The notes beneath the pieces are model-generated. The model was not told the origin of the DNA and searched no databases. It was given only the letters and a program-made list of their open reading frames with translations. 64,000 nucleotides of DNA. It comes from Botryllus schlosseri. Lineage: Eukaryota. The DNA lies in assembly GCA_051294905.1 (NCBI GenBank), contig CM119378.1:2048001-2112000 (forward strand), given 5' to 3'. Below, one piece after another: positions 61,311 to 64,000 of this stretch (its first letter is position 1; every line of letters begins with the position of its first letter). The position numbers and the translations under genes are program-made.

Positions 61311-64000
61311 CTGCAGAAGAGGAACTCGGTCTTTGTCAAGGAGATGATTCATCGGACAAGCGCCCCGGAGAAACATATTTTGTCGTTAGATGATTGTTGA
61401 TGTGGAATGTTCTTTTCAATTCTCTACGAGTGTTAGGCAATTACTGTTCAACTATATATTGAAGTTCTGTACCTCTAAAAGTCTCTCGGTTATTAGATTG
61501 TATAAGTATATATATCTGTAATTCTGACATCCTATGCGAATCCTCCTTTGCTGTCCATTATGTACTTGGTACAAAAATTCCAATAACTCTCGTTCTCTTG
61601 TGTAATGTGTGTGATGTTTGTTTGGATACTTCAACAACTTATATTCATAATTCGTTATGCATATTATCATCTTTGACAATACGTAGGCTATGTTATTCAA
61701 GTTTATTTTGCATGTATTGACAATTACTAATATGCTATTGATATAATAGCTGTGCTGTGCAATTAAATCCTGGAATGTCTTTGCAATTATTATATATACA
61801 ACATACGCCTCCACAGTTGAGGGTAGGTACCGAAAATACTCGACAGCTACAGCGGTAAAAGAAGATATTTGCTCTGCACTGCATGTTGTCCATTGCAACT
61901 TCACAATTCATACTAGGCCGTCGGTTCACGACGTTTTAGCCGATAGCGCATAGCTTTGCTGCGATTTTCGAATTGCTGTGCCAACAATCTGTGCGACAGA
62001 TTAATTTGTGCCTCAAACAGAAGTGGTCAGTATAATGCAGTACTTCTACTTGGAAGTAATCATCTAATTTTCCTCTACTGGCAGTATTTACTCAAGTAAA
62101 TCTAAGTTTTCGCTATATACAGTTTGTCATGTAGAAGTGTAATGTTTATCCAATAATATGAGAGATAGGTCAAGATCAGACCTGGGCAAAGTGCGGCCCG
62201 CGAAATGTTGCTTTGCATTTTTAACAATAAACCTGCATTTTATAATGTTGATGCGTGGACTAAAACCATAGGCTGTATCAACTAAACAGGAAATTCGTCG
62301 ACTTTCAAGCCTGTTCATTAATATGCCACGATAAAGCTGCCTACGTACCTTGGGTGCGTAATCCAGATTTTTAAAAAACACAGGCTTTGTGGCAAAGTAT
62401 GAGTAACAATTAAATTCACAAGAAATCACTCTTTCCATTAGTTTGACTAAAACCTTTGTTGCCATTGTCACATTTCGCATTATACGGTAGGCCTGCGTGT
62501 TTCAAATTGTAACGTGAGGCGTTTCCAAATCCCTAATTCGTAAAACAATTCAATCAGTGCTCGCGATTACCACATGACTGAGCTTATCTATCACCCATTA
62601 AGGATGAACGGGCATGCCCAAATGAGAAAGCTGAATTTGAAAGAAGGTTCAGGGCACTAAATAATTGTATACTGGAGTCAGGGGCAGTGGCGGCTCGTGA
62701 CAATATCGGGTGGTGGGGCAAGGGCTGCGAGCGACTTTTATCAGCATTACGTCACAATGGCGTTTTCCAACGTAAAAAAGTAACTTTATGATGGTCACAT
62801 GAATTTCGCGACAACAGTGATTTTAACGTAGGTGCCGCGAGAGGTTTGCCGGTGAGCCGTGACTTGAAGTGTGGTAACAAATGTTTTATTCATACCAAAG
62901 GATTAATTTACAAAATATACGTCCCTATGCCACGAATCAATTATCAGGTCATCTTTAGTAGCATGCGTTATGATTTCATGGTAGAGTTACAGATCACGCA
63001 AATCGATAGGCCCTAATTTTTCTAAGCCCGTCCGAAAGTGTTTCGTACACGATCCTGGTGTGTTACGACCACTGAGCTGGTGGTTACGGCCAGGTGATAG
63101 GCAAACAAAGCGGAGGCACCCGGCGTACGATTGGATCAATGGACTGGACAACTTCTAAACCTCTAATTCTAGCTCTAAAGGCAACTGCGTAAACTACGTA
63201 CGGAGCAAAGATTCAATACGATTCATGTTCGCACTTGACTTGACCTGACTAATTCCAATGACTAGAACTAGAACTCGAGAGATTGCGTAAGCCTAACTGG
63301 AAAGGTCAACGAGTTCGGACACATACACAATTGTTATCTCATAGATTGGGCCTGTCATATTCAATCCAAAACATCATTCTGAAGAACTACGGATAGCAGC
63401 CTCGGAACTTCGGTATCGGAACAACATGGACATTTTGGCCTTGAAACTGGAGACTGTGACACAACACACGGCTTACTGTCTATAAGTCTGCTGCGAAATC
63501 GCCGTTGGAAAATATATAATCAATAAATACATAAATAAAAGCCGTAAACTTAGTATAAGCTGTTACAAGAAATCATCGAGAAGTAGCACACGTACTCTCA
63601 TAACCCATTCCGGTATGGTACAATGTCAAAATCAACACAAACAGACGAACACCGAACTTTGAGTAAAATAGATCGAGGAATAGGCTGATCGAATGATCAG
63701 CTGTTAGCCGACATCGAAAATGAAATAGCTATCGCATTTGACAGGGGGATTGGTTTGAAGGCCACAATTTCACAGTGAAATGGACATTGGCGAACATAAA
63801 ATTATGTGAATATTTGAATGCAAACCGAGAATCTTGAGAGAGAGAGAGAGTCTTTATTTTCATCGAACCAAAATACATAACAAACGGCAGTGATGGTAAC
63901 CGAGAATCTTGGTTAGCTGTTTCATGCGATCATCGAGATATAGCATTGGAAATATCATCACCGATCTCGTTATGGAACATAGACCATAGATTAGCACAGA

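Noticed and set aside
61452..64000. Further nesprin exons or other genes after exon 37
   Set aside because: No spectrin-like open frame with splice sites found; only TE fragments (hAT-like ends at about 62177 and 62686) and AT-rich sequence.

Overview
Eukaryotic, AT-rich, intron-containing animal DNA, probably an ascidian tunicate (inferred from gene content, not proven). Host genes: (i) a tandem pair of Sulfotransfer_4-type sulfotransferase-like genes, seen as the last exon of copy 1 (445-753) and a complete 4-exon copy 2 (6687-9369); (ii) the 5' part of a nesprin-1/SYNE1 orthologue on +, traced by hand as 37 phase-consistent GT-AG exons from 20552 to 61013 (about 1796 codons: two calponin-homology domains, then spectrin repeats), continuing beyond the window. 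The rest is dense with transposons: a decayed Kolobok element (TTAA TSD, THAP/transposase remnants, convergent KolX gene), many hAT MITE families with 8-bp TSDs (some nested, some near-perfect 620-bp palindromes), Harbinger-like and Chapaev-like MITEs, tRNA-derived SINEs, a 5'-truncated LINE and a dispersed element with an expandable ~38-bp tandem array. Most unusual signals: a periodic array of consensus 5' splice sites just after nesprin exon 37; inverted MITE copies bracketing an in-frame two-exon nesprin cassette; copy-specific arm symmetry in palindromic MITEs; and symmetric TGACGTCA motifs in the Kolobok ends. Exon and TSD coordinates were read by eye and may be off by a base or two.
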